From Barthelona sp. PCE (Eukaryota): 64,000 nt of DNA. The notes under the pieces were generated by a model. The model was not told the DNA's origin, did not search any database, and was given only the letters and a program-made list of their open reading frames with translations. The stretch is from the NCBI GenBank assembly GCA_040285745.1, contig JAUFOR010000002.1, forward strand, positions 1,860,001 through 1,924,000. The letters run 5' to 3'. The stretch's first letter is position 1; the number at the start of each line of letters is the position of its first letter. A program made the position numbers and the translations under genes. Below are positions 21,901 to 31,000 of the stretch, piece by piece.

Positions 21901-23589
21901 ATTTCTGCTGTTCGTAAAGGGGTTAACAACAGGATTAGCAAAGTTGAAATGGAACTTCTGGATTGTGTTGTTGATGCAAACAACCTTATTAAGGAGAATC
22001 AGGAAAAAATTTCAAAAATTGATGAAGACGTTTCTTTACTCAAGACCATTAGCGGTGTACACACTGAGAAGATCGATACTCTGACCAAGAACGACAGTGC
22101 AAATCAGATTGCGATTGAAGCGCAGCGCAACGACTACCTCACGTTTGCGTCAAAGGTGAACGAAGCACAGGAGCTCACTGATGCCCAAATCACCCAAGCG
22201 CTGGAGCCCGTCAGAGAACAGTACGACGGTGCGCTGTTGCAACTGTCCGAGCAGATAGAAAACAACAAGACTGAGAATGAAGGTAACCATCAGTATGTTA
22301 ATGATGAACTTGCATCTCTTACTATTGAGTTGGGCGATCGCATTGCTAAGAACATGGAGCGTATTGTCGAATCAGCAAGTGCTCAAGTTGCCACCAACGA
22401 TCAGCTGAATTTTGCACTTGGTGAACTCAAGGAGATGACACAGCGTCATGATTCTGAGTTGAACAAGTACCCCGAGGCAGATGCCATGCACAAGACTGTC
22501 AATTCCGTCACTTCTCTGCAGACCAATGATGGTCATCTGGAGAGTCTCCACGCACAGCTTGATGAACAGGTTAACAAGCTCATCAACGATAGCGCAGCTT
22601 CTTCACAAAAGATCGAACAGCTGGAACATGGCATCAATGATGTCGTCACATCAATGAAGGACGGTGAAAGAGATGAGGCTGAGAAACTTCAGGTTGTTAA
22701 TGCTGTTCGCGAGGACATTCAATTCGTTTACGATGAGCAGAAGTCGCTGACTTCCAAGATGGACTCTATTGCTGTACGCATTTCATCCGTAGAAAGCGAT
22801 GCACTCAACCGTTTTATGGCTGTTGATGCAATGAACGGGCAAATTGATCAATTCAAGCGTGACATTGCAACATCTCAGCAGAAGAGTTCTGAGGTCCAGA
22901 ACAGAATGGCTGATGTGGAAAGTAAGCTGTTGGATATCAGCAGTGAGCAAGGAAAGCTTGAGATTGCGTATGAGATTGATATCAAGAATGTCAACACAAC
23001 AGTCAATGATTTCGTTCAGTCCATTACTCAGCGTCTTGATGACCACACCACTGATCTTAGTCAGATGAGGCCGCGTGTCACAGAATGTCAGGCTAATATT
23101 GATCGCGTTGACCGTCTAGTTAAGAGCAAGGACGCAACAGCTAAGAGTATATTAGACAACACAAGAGCAGTTATTGATAACAAATTTGTGGAGATCATGG
23201 AAGCGCTTGACAATGCTGTAACAAAGAGTGCAGCGGAACGTGGTGTAATTTCGAAGGAGCTCAGCACCATGATGGACACACGATTGACCAAGTTGGAAAA
23301 GCAGTTTGTCACCCAGCTTGAGTCACTTCTCCAGAACATCGATCAAGAAACTCCATCCGCTGAAGGACCTGCTGTATTGGAAGAAGACAATTGTGCGCCT
23401 GTTGCTGAGGAGATCCAGATGCCTCAGTCCCCACTAAAATCAGCAAGTTTTACACCTCTTAAGCAAAGAAGAAGAAAGGATTTGGTAAACTCGGTCAAGG
23501 GCATCACAGAAATTTCACGGGTTGTGCTTGATGGAAAAGATGCTTTAAAAGAAGGTACTGAAGATATTTCTTGTATTTCTGAAGATTAA
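18958..23589 (+). CDS. Kelch-repeat beta-propeller plus a very long coiled-coil
   Basis: Six kelch repeats (PARRAGA..MYLYGG, PRRLHS..MYVFGG, ARYGHA..FMIGG, PRYGHS..LFLFGG, PRYMHT..LIHGG, ARRHSH..LILFGG) followed by ~1,100 aa of coiled-coil. First ATG is at 18958. Confidence 0.9.
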   Translation: MSEFLTPRIASKRGKSKGTSDMGHSLQWRKIQTVGSLPARRAGATLVEYNDRMYLYGGYPFRGSRGLWCFNPIQSRWVTVETKSRSGTLPNPRRLHSSVVHEGKMYVFGGETDKAGCCDELWVLDFESMTWTLVERSGAWPCARYGHAVTLLAGVMFMIGGARRDSIDGATAPAFLNDVWIFDTQRLQWVCLPVDGDELDPRYGHSFTLANGRLFLFGGFNSSGFLNDMWEFHYNFKDNRPSYEWSKLNLGSSVPKPRYMHTSVAVGMNFDRILIHGGKTARTDKHSIGDLWEFDTTSLRFMRIDNPNFHLKTGIMENTLYPARRHSHCGILKSGKHQTLILFGGVCDSNKMYQDMWALKTISNNEELSIDLPLDRVSDEASFVVNEMIKSSEFVGALSAMVEECARDPIQTVTHRVDTIVNHLKESVHQNSERLISFDERLTEEMARQSQSIEQSIGQFKEEQTIKTEEMKQQLSDKMVEVYEETTVKLKNVSESATVALETVNKRVDNVEDMIDQRMHHFMVEFADKQNAKIDELTGAVGDLTTHVMRIEDEFKIHKEKSEKDTEELHKKLIMEISDLYQVVNAGLDHSKKCNRSFFRSIYDLISRLDLRISDNHEVHRVFDCELSDLIGAVNDIQTQLGNIYVSNTELATGVYTCEERLDAFDEVTKVHTTAMEGLTENLNLVSGELRDSIEKNHASVTSDLKKTKMQCDTNGEQLTEHYVEYCDTHKALETLDLKHHDLVSKVNEQISDIESTANAVEAHREETKEIAKNMSAAQTSIDSIKEESVAQEGKITHLTSLLDDTIDGLQITVKGLDDVTETVVEEKAKLQVAETSLNDVVSTIETLSSDVKNTNSIVQGHMITIDQVSDKQKILGDELATVHNKISSVKDQAEAVQNIVQEQATKMTEDTQKIWDELPKFTEGIKESFKTQIEAAVNDQQKINTQDLENQKNELSRSIAELYDTVGDIPNKRKAAIEQSISAVRKGVNNRISKVEMELLDCVVDANNLIKENQEKISKIDEDVSLLKTISGVHTEKIDTLTKNDSANQIAIEAQRNDYLTFASKVNEAQELTDAQITQALEPVREQYDGALLQLSEQIENNKTENEGNHQYVNDELASLTIELGDRIAKNMERIVESASAQVATNDQLNFALGELKEMTQRHDSELNKYPEADAMHKTVNSVTSLQTNDGHLESLHAQLDEQVNKLINDSAASSQKIEQLEHGINDVVTSMKDGERDEAEKLQVVNAVREDIQFVYDEQKSLTSKMDSIAVRISSVESDALNRFMAVDAMNGQIDQFKRDIATSQQKSSEVQNRMADVESKLLDISSEQGKLEIAYEIDIKNVNTTVNDFVQSITQRLDDHTTDLSQMRPRVTECQANIDRVDRLVKSKDATAKSILDNTRAVIDNKFVEIMEALDNAVTKSAAERGVISKELSTMMDTRLTKLEKQFVTQLESLLQNIDQETPSAEGPAVLEEDNCAPVAEEIQMPQSPLKSASFTPLKQRRRKDLVNSVKGITEISRVVLDGKDALKEGTEDISCISED

Positions 23590-25640
23590 CAGCTAAATTT
23601 TTGCAATTTATGATCAAATGTAAAATGTTCATACGTAAACTTAAATTGTTCAAAGATTTCATGAGGCATTGAGATGGTTCGAGAGCTATGACTAATTACA
23701 CTGGCTCTTTCCTGAATTTGAATTTCAAAAGAATTGAGCCTAAATACAGCTGGTTCATATTCAAAGAAAACTATAGTATTCCTTTCAACCCAACCATAAG
23801 CACTAGCACATTCAAGAAAGTCAATATCACACTCAATCAGCTTGGCAACGCTGCCATTTATATCATAAACTCCTCTTGAGAGAACTACATGCCCAGAACC
23901 AATAAATCCGATATAATGACAACAGTTGTCAAATTCAGAAATTGATATTCCAACTTCATTAACTGTAGCAACTGCCATTTTTGTGTGAGAAAGAAAGAAC
24001 TGGTTGGGATTAGAAGTTGACTGAATACATTTTTGATATGTAGGGAAGTGGAATATCTGAAACTCACTAGATTCGTCAGCGCAGTAAAGTAGTGCTCCAC
24101 CCTCCATTGTCTCGTACCAAATGTAGTTTTGGTTGTCCGATTTCAATGTATTTCCCAATCTTTTCTGATTCCAAAGTGTCTTTCCCACACTTGGATCCAT
24201 GTCCATAGAGTAATGTCCCAATATTTTTCCGTCAGCGATAAAATATCGATCATTGCGGTTATAATATAAAGGGATGCTGCGGAAGTGACACAGATATCTC
24301 ATCGAATCGTTATTAACTACGAAACAGTTGTTTTCGATAAATGCACATGTACACATTGTGATAGTTTTATAAAAGCGAGTATATTCTTCCTGAACATAAT
24401 CCTCTTTGCTGACGTACTGAACTGTTGGTATCGTTTGAATTTCTTCATCATTTTCAAACGTGATTTCATTTGTTGCTATGAAATATTCATTTCCACACTG
24501 TGTAACTGATTGCTCAGATTTAACGTCGAATTCTCGAACTGTCACAGTCCTATTTGGTAGGTCAATCATTGTTATTCGGTCGTCCTCAGCGTACCGTACA
24601 CACCCGTTGATAGTGGTAAATCTTGTACAATCAGTAATTTTAAGAAAAACTGCACTGTATGGAAGTAGCTTGAAAATTCCAAACCCACCATCCATCCTCG
24701 CAATAAAATGACATGGGGTATGGTTGAAGCCATGCTCTTTGATCGCTTCCAGTTCATTACTATTCATCGAGGTTACGTTTGGGAAAGTCATGCATTCAAT
24801 CTTGGGACCAATTTCGATATCATCAACTATCATTTCATTTTCAATGTGAATGAAGCGTGTATTGGCGAAAGACGTTACTATAAGTGTAACAGACTTATGC
24901 GTTACGGAAAGAAGTATGGCACCTGATATGGTTCGAAATTCAGGGAAGTTGTTCACTAAGTGGCTAAGATCAATGCACTCAAGGTTTCTGTTCATGAGGA
25001 TAAACGTTTTTTTTCCACAAAACAGACTCAAACCAATATTCACACAACCAACATGATAATAACCTGTAACGTTCATTTCTTTTAAAGATAAATCAGGAGC
25101 AATGAAGTGTCTTTTCCCACATCTGCTGACCAAGAAAGTTACTGCAGCACCAGACTCATCGTTTACGTATAGTTGTGCATCTTTCATCAACACTTTTTTA
25201 GTTCTTGTGCGAAAATTAAACGAATATACGGTAGTTTCTTCTTCATCAAAGAAGGCATAAATGATGTGATTCTTGTCAAATACAATGATATTAGAGTCTA
25301 AATAAGAATCAGAAGATTGATAATGTGGTAGAGAATAGAAGAAACAGTCAGTCTCAACAATGTCCATGTTTGATCCAATTTCGAAGAAAACAAGTTCTCC
25401 AGACAGACGGCCCCTGTCGAATATGTTCATGAAAAGCACGTTATTTCCACAAACTGCATTATACAATGGGTCGCTTTGAAAAGCAGTCCTTTGATGAAGC
25501 TGAATAAAACAAGGTTGATTTGGTTGTAAATCATGGGGAGCATCCATGGCTGACATTAGAGATTTATCTCTCAAATTTGCTACAACATATCTTTCAATTC
25601 CCTTTACAAAGAATCGATTTGTAGATCTTACACGTGGCAT
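23586..25640 (-). CDS. Hypothetical AT-rich orphan protein, Cys/Phe/beta-strand-rich
   Basis: Uninterrupted 684-aa ATG-initiated ORF. Its stop overlaps the kelch gene stop in TTAA at 23586-23589. Confidence 0.7.
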   Translation of the reverse strand: MPRVRSTNRFFVKGIERYVVANLRDKSLMSAMDAPHDLQPNQPCFIQLHQRTAFQSDPLYNAVCGNNVLFMNIFDRGRLSGELVFFEIGSNMDIVETDCFFYSLPHYQSSDSYLDSNIIVFDKNHIIYAFFDEEETTVYSFNFRTRTKKVLMKDAQLYVNDESGAAVTFLVSRCGKRHFIAPDLSLKEMNVTGYYHVGCVNIGLSLFCGKKTFILMNRNLECIDLSHLVNNFPEFRTISGAILLSVTHKSVTLIVTSFANTRFIHIENEMIVDDIEIGPKIECMTFPNVTSMNSNELEAIKEHGFNHTPCHFIARMDGGFGIFKLLPYSAVFLKITDCTRFTTINGCVRYAEDDRITMIDLPNRTVTVREFDVKSEQSVTQCGNEYFIATNEITFENDEEIQTIPTVQYVSKEDYVQEEYTRFYKTITMCTCAFIENNCFVVNNDSMRYLCHFRSIPLYYNRNDRYFIADGKILGHYSMDMDPSVGKTLWNQKRLGNTLKSDNQNYIWYETMEGGALLYCADESSEFQIFHFPTYQKCIQSTSNPNQFFLSHTKMAVATVNEVGISISEFDNCCHYIGFIGSGHVVLSRGVYDINGSVAKLIECDIDFLECASAYGWVERNTIVFFEYEPAVFRLNSFEIQIQERASVISHSSRTISMPHEIFEQFKFTYEHFTFDHKLQKFSC

Positions 25641-25856
25641 TTCTTAAATTATGCACCAAAAAACAGGGTTTTGTTAATAAAGAAGCCAACAAAAAATGGG
25701 AAAAGAAAGCTAAAACAGCTCCTTCTCTAGTTTTATACCTTTCTTTTCATATTTAGGTGTAATTCTTCAATAAACGATGAATAAAAACAGTTTACTTACA
25801 AATTTTAGTTCGAACACATTATATTGAACAGTCATGTACATGCTTAATAAAAAATC

Positions 25857-26393
25857 TTAAGTGAAATCATTGAATTCAGTGTTAGTTTCCACTTTAAAAC
25901 GCAAAAAATATTCATGAATAAAATGTCCAAGTCTCGATAGGATCTCCTCTTGAGAATCCCCAAACTTCTTCATCATCTCTCTGATCTCAGGAAGTTTGTT
26001 GTCATTGGGCGGTGTCGCGTCAGTCTGCTGTGTTGCCTTGGGGGGAGTACTGGGTGTAACCGACTTCCCATGTCGTCGTTTTTTGCGTTTGTTCTTACGC
26101 TTCGGAGAAACGTCGACCTTCACATGCTCGGGGGGCGGCATCCCTCCGGTGTGGTCAGCCCCACCAAGCTCTGGCGGCTGTGGGGCGGATGTGGCATTCT
26201 CAGTGGCGGTGAGAGCCGGCGGACTCGTATGTCCTTCTGAGTGTCTTGTACGCGTGTGCGTTGCCATTGTGCTGTCCAGGCGCTGTAAAATTACGGTTGC
26301 TCTATCAAGTATCTTAAAAACATGATTGTTGATTTTCTCTTGAGTGTTTATTGGAATGGGATCCACACCCGTAGAGCGAGCAACCGATGGTTT
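25857..26393 (-). CDS. Pro/Thr-rich, basic low-complexity ORF in frame with the upstream ORF; possibly truncated
   Basis: Open from directly after the TGA at 26394-26396 (KPSVARSTGVDPIP...MATHTRTRH...PKRKNKRKKRRH). GC-rich body that turns abruptly AT-rich near 25,925. Confidence 0.45.
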   Translation of the reverse strand, partial: KPSVARSTGVDPIPINTQEKINNHVFKILDRATVILQRLDSTMATHTRTRHSEGHTSPPALTATENATSAPQPPELGGADHTGGMPPPEHVKVDVSPKRKNKRKKRRHGKSVTPSTPPKATQQTDATPPNDNKLPEIREMMKKFGDSQEEILSRLGHFIHEYFLRFKVETNTEFNDFT

Positions 26394-27426
26394 TCACTTC
26401 TTCTTCGGTTTACCCTTTGGTTTGTTCGCACCACGGTAGTTGTTGTTGTACACTCTCGGAGGGGCTTCCTGCTTCTGGGAGATATGCACTTCGGCGTGAA
26501 AGGCGGCATCTGTCATTACATCTGACCAACTTACATTCTTGTAGCTCGTTGCTTCTGATGCAAAGTTGACACACGCACTCATCAGTTCGTCAGTGTCCTC
26601 CAGGTTCAGTCCCCGTTCTTGGGCAAACTTGTTGGCTGCTTGCGCACTCCTCAAGGCGACAAATTTTCCTAGTGAGAATATAAATAACTCTCGTTGACCA
26701 CTCATGTGTGCATTATGCACTGCTTGTCTGATCTGGCCCTCGTCGCATGGGTATGCTGTGGACATTCTTGCTTCACTCTTCTGTAACTCCTGGTAGATTC
26801 GCATCACTCCTTCTTCGGTATTTTCAGAAGATGGGTGCATCTCACGATTCTTCTTCATGCTAAAGTTCATCTTGTCATTCTGCGTCAGTTGCTCATCTAT
26901 TCTCAAGATTAAGTTATCGATTATATCTAATGGGTCATTCACTGCTTCGATTTTATCGTGTTTCATTAGGAATCTCATGTTATATCTTGCACGCTTGACT
27001 ATCTGGTTGCCTGTCACACTCAGTCCGTTGCTGATTCGTTCGGCAATCTGTTTCAGCGTGTGTGACTTCAGTTGCTCATCCAAGTTCGTTGCGTTGTCAG
27101 TTGTTGCTCTGACCACTGTGTCTACCAACGCCATTAGCATCGCATTCGTTTCATCGTTTGAATTCGACGCTCTTATTACTTTCCTGTCAATCTGGGCACT
27201 TGCTATTGCGTAGCCTAAAGTGTATTCGTCAGTGTTCGTTATGTTCTGCACCTCTTGTGACTCCATGAACTCTGAGAAATTAAAAATCTTCGCTGCGTCG
27301 TTGTTATCTTCTGACATCTTGTTACTTGCTTCTTCGTTGTTCTTCGTTACCTGTTGCTCTCAAGCAAATAAAAAGAGAAATCCGGAATGTACGATAAAGG
27401 GCGTAATTCGGACAGCACATTCATGA
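25910..27426 (-). mobile_element. Possible truncated retroelement or virus-derived insertion
   Basis: Compositionally distinct two-ORF cassette flanked by an ATTCATGA direct repeat (25910-25917 and 27419-27426). No RT, integrase, recombinase or transposase motif is present. Confidence 0.3.
26394..27317 (-). CDS. Hypothetical helical protein with a Gag/ORF1-like basic C-terminal tail
   Basis: 307-aa ATG-initiated ORF ending PPRVYNNNYRGANKPKGKPKKK. No zinc knuckle or enzymatic motif seen. Confidence 0.65.
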   Translation of the reverse strand: MSEDNNDAAKIFNFSEFMESQEVQNITNTDEYTLGYAIASAQIDRKVIRASNSNDETNAMLMALVDTVVRATTDNATNLDEQLKSHTLKQIAERISNGLSVTGNQIVKRARYNMRFLMKHDKIEAVNDPLDIIDNLILRIDEQLTQNDKMNFSMKKNREMHPSSENTEEGVMRIYQELQKSEARMSTAYPCDEGQIRQAVHNAHMSGQRELFIFSLGKFVALRSAQAANKFAQERGLNLEDTDELMSACVNFASEATSYKNVSWSDVMTDAAFHAEVHISQKQEAPPRVYNNNYRGANKPKGKPKKK

Positions 27427-27973
27427 GTCACAGATTCACTCTGCCATGAGTTCCGTCAACCACATGCTTCCACCATTCAACAATTATTTCAGAGTGGTCA
27501 ATTTTAGAAAAATTTTGATTCATTCAAAAAGTTCATTGAAAAAAATGCCCTGAATGTAATACTATTGTAATCAGCCCAAAAATTTTGTTTCATAGGGACA
27601 AGCGCTCAGTTTGAGCACCGTTGCAGGTAATTAAAAATCCATAAACGGTTGGTGAAATAAAGAGAAAGGGGAGTGATTATGCCAAACACATAATTTTATT
27701 TTCTCAGCTTCAGAATCCCAATGGATCTTGCTTACAGCAGCATTTTACTGAGTTTATATGAAAAATGGCAGATAGAGATGCTAAAAAATTTATTCCTCTT
27801 TTTCCTGGGGCTTTTAAACGCAGTTTTATTCGTACAACACTCTTAAATACTTTTTAAAAGGTGTTAATAACGTAATATTTTCGTATAAATCCTCTTCTTG
27901 AATTGAAATTTTAGAATCTTTGCATATAAACGTTTTTTTTATTTATTACATATTCTACAAGCGATAAATTACT

Positions 27974-28054
27974 ATGGCAAATTTTTACACAAGCACAAAG
28001 GTAAGCATTTATGCATTTCTGTTGTTGTTTTCATATTTTAGCTTTTCTACTGCA
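27974..28054 (+). other. Predicted signal peptide of the giant protein
   Basis: MANFYTSTK-VSIYAFLLLFSYFSF-STA/A: basic residue, hydrophobic core and small-residue cleavage site. Confidence 0.75.
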
Positions 28055-31000
28055 GCTACATGTTCGGGCACAGATAATCCGTCATATTTTAGCAGTAGGT
28101 ACGATTGGTCATGTGGTCATGTGCCTGATGCTAATAGTGATGTTATAGCTCAAAGTGGATTGTCTTTTAGAGTCAATACAAATCGAATTATAAAGTCTCT
28201 GTGGGTAAAACCAGGCTCAGGGTATTTTCTTGTTCAAGGTAGTCAAACTTTAACAGTTAATGGACTTACAAAGATAGAGCGTCCCATATATGCTGATTCG
28301 GGAGGAAAGTTCAAATTTACTGACGTTGAGTTATATGGAACTTCTATTGGCTACACCAGCCCATCATCATGTACATCTCGTGATATGGAAGTAACAGGAA
28401 CAATGACAGTCAAAAGTGACAGTGCAGCTTTGTACTGTATGGATCTCGTTGTCGAGAATCTTGAGATTGAGTCAGCAAAATGGCGTTTAGGAGTCGGTGG
28501 ACGGCTCACAGTCAATGGTGAACTCAAGCTCCCCCCTTCGGGTGCTGTATTCGAAAATCATGATACTAACTATGCCAATGTGTATCTTTATGGCTTGGTT
28601 ACCAAGGTTGGTATCACAACACATTTGGAATTTCAGACTCATGTAACTACTTCTGCTCAGTGGAGTTTGGAAGGAGGTACGGTCCACTTCGACCTGTGCT
28701 TCTATTCCGTTACTCCCGATGGTAGTTACAACACCGATCCAGGCGCATTTGGTCCTGGTGATTGGGTTCTTAAGAACTCAGGTTTCAGTCCTTCAATTTC
28801 TTTCAAAGATCGTAGTGACATGAACTGTTACAACAACTTTGAGAAACAGTTTTTCTTCAAATATGAGGGCATGGCTGTTAAGTTCAACCTTTATTTTGGA
28901 GGTTATTCATACAACCTGCGTCCTCTCACTGATTGGGACTACATCAACATCGATAATCTAGGCTTAAGTGCTACTGAGGTTACTATCGATTGTACTTACG
29001 CTATGGATGTCCTCATTCCAGTTAAGGAGTTTCACTATCAGACTAATCTGAAGGAGACATCATTCCCTCGTCGCTGTAATTTCTTTGCTGATGAACTAAT
29101 TGTTGATTCCTCAATCAATAATATCCGTTCGTCTATTATTGACAGCTCACGAGCAAATTTCACGTTGCTGGACCTTACAGTTGATAATGGGCGCACTGCT
29201 CAGATTGTTGGAGAACTAGACCTTAATGGTGATTGTACAATCACCTCAGGTGCACTGCGTGTCACAGCTCCCGTCACATTCGCAGGAGACATTTATCTTC
29301 ACAACGCATATGTGTACGGTGGTTCTGTGATTCACGGTAATAACACTCACTTCCTTGATGCTATGGGAAAACGTATTTCCAATACAAAGATGAACATGGA
29401 GTATAAGTTTGACTGGCAGAACGGAAACATTACATGTGGTAACTCAATTCTTGATGGTGGTATCTTTATTAAAAAGGATTATTCCCATTTCTTCCAGGAA
29501 GATCTCTCAGTTAACCCATGTACCCTCAACATTACAAACGAATTCGTAGTCCCTGCGGATCATTCAGTCATTGAAGCGTTACTTGATGTTTACGCTGAGA
29601 TGTATTGTACTGGTGACTCAATTCGTTTCAGAGGTGGTGGTTATTGGCGTAACTATCTTAATATCGATCATATTCTTATCTTTTCGAAGTCTGATATGAT
29701 AAGCGATTTCCAACAGACATGGCAAATTATGGTCAATCAGGCTTTCCGCATTGGCGATGCATTTGAAATAGATGGTGCAGAGCTTAATGTTATCGAGGGT
29801 CTTTGGAATACCTCGTACAACCCTATTCTTTTATTAAGATCGGGTTTTATTTTCTTCAATACTAATGATTCAATAGGAACTATTGAACTGCGTGGTGGTG
29901 AAGCATATTTCTTTGGTATTGGACATGTTGACATCATGAGAGTTTATAAAGGTTCTCATCGTTCTGAAGCATTTTTTAATGGTAGTCAAGTGTCTTTCTT
30001 ATCAGGTGATTCAAAATTCCAGTTCAAGGATAGAACAGTCATTGAAAAGTTAGTCGTTGAAAGCGGTCATTACGTTGATATGCACAGTGAATTCAACGCA
30101 TCTTCAATTTCAATTAGTAGTGGTACACTTGAACTTAACGGACTGAGCATTATTGATGTCTTTGGCATCAGCGGAGGTAATGTTTCTGGTCTTGGTGAAG
30201 TTAACGTCACACGGTTGTATCAAAGCGGAGGTGAGTTAAATGGTGGTCATCAGTCATTTTACAGCTCATCATCTATTATGAATGTTGGTTACTATAATGT
30301 AACCTCCAGTGTTGTGAAGCACATAACCAATAGAAATGTGAGAATTCATAAACGTATGTGGTATCGTGCCTCAGGAGGTTATACTTATTGTTATTACGGG
30401 ACTCACATCGAAATCATGCCTGGTGCTGATCTCGTTTGGGATCCACAAGATGGAAGCGTAGCACGTTTCTACAAGTATGATGTTGCTGGTGAAATATGTT
30501 CTATTACTGTACACGACAATGCTGCGATGTACTCTGTTGATTCTGCAACCGTCTACATGTACGTGCAGTACAACATCGAGGGTCTCTTCTACCTAAACGA
30601 TAGTTCTACATTCTTTATGGGTGGAGGAAACTCGATTATTACAGGTGAAGTCCGTATCCCTGCCAGCTCCACATTGAATCTTGCAGGTTTATATTACACC
30701 AATCAACGTTATTCATACGTTGATATCTTTGAACCTGCTTATATCCTCAACTCTGGTACTCTAAAGTTGACAGGCCGAAATATCGTCTACCTACATGATA
30801 ACGCAACAATCAACATTGGTGATAATCTTAACGTTGCGGGTGATCGATATTCGTGGTTGGATTACCACCCTGACCTTAACGTCACAGATCTGGTTGTTAC
30901 TACTGGTAGTCTGCATGTGTTTGAAAATACTCTCTTTGAAGTCGATACAATCACATGCGTTAGCAATGGATCTTTAATCACCGATTCAAACACTGTAGTT

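Noticed and set aside
28001-28041. Intron-like GTAAGC...TTTTAG just after the giant gene start
   Set aside because: Removing it (41 nt, or 55 nt to the next CAG) breaks the frame and deletes the hydrophobic core of a good signal peptide. No branch-like motif is seen.
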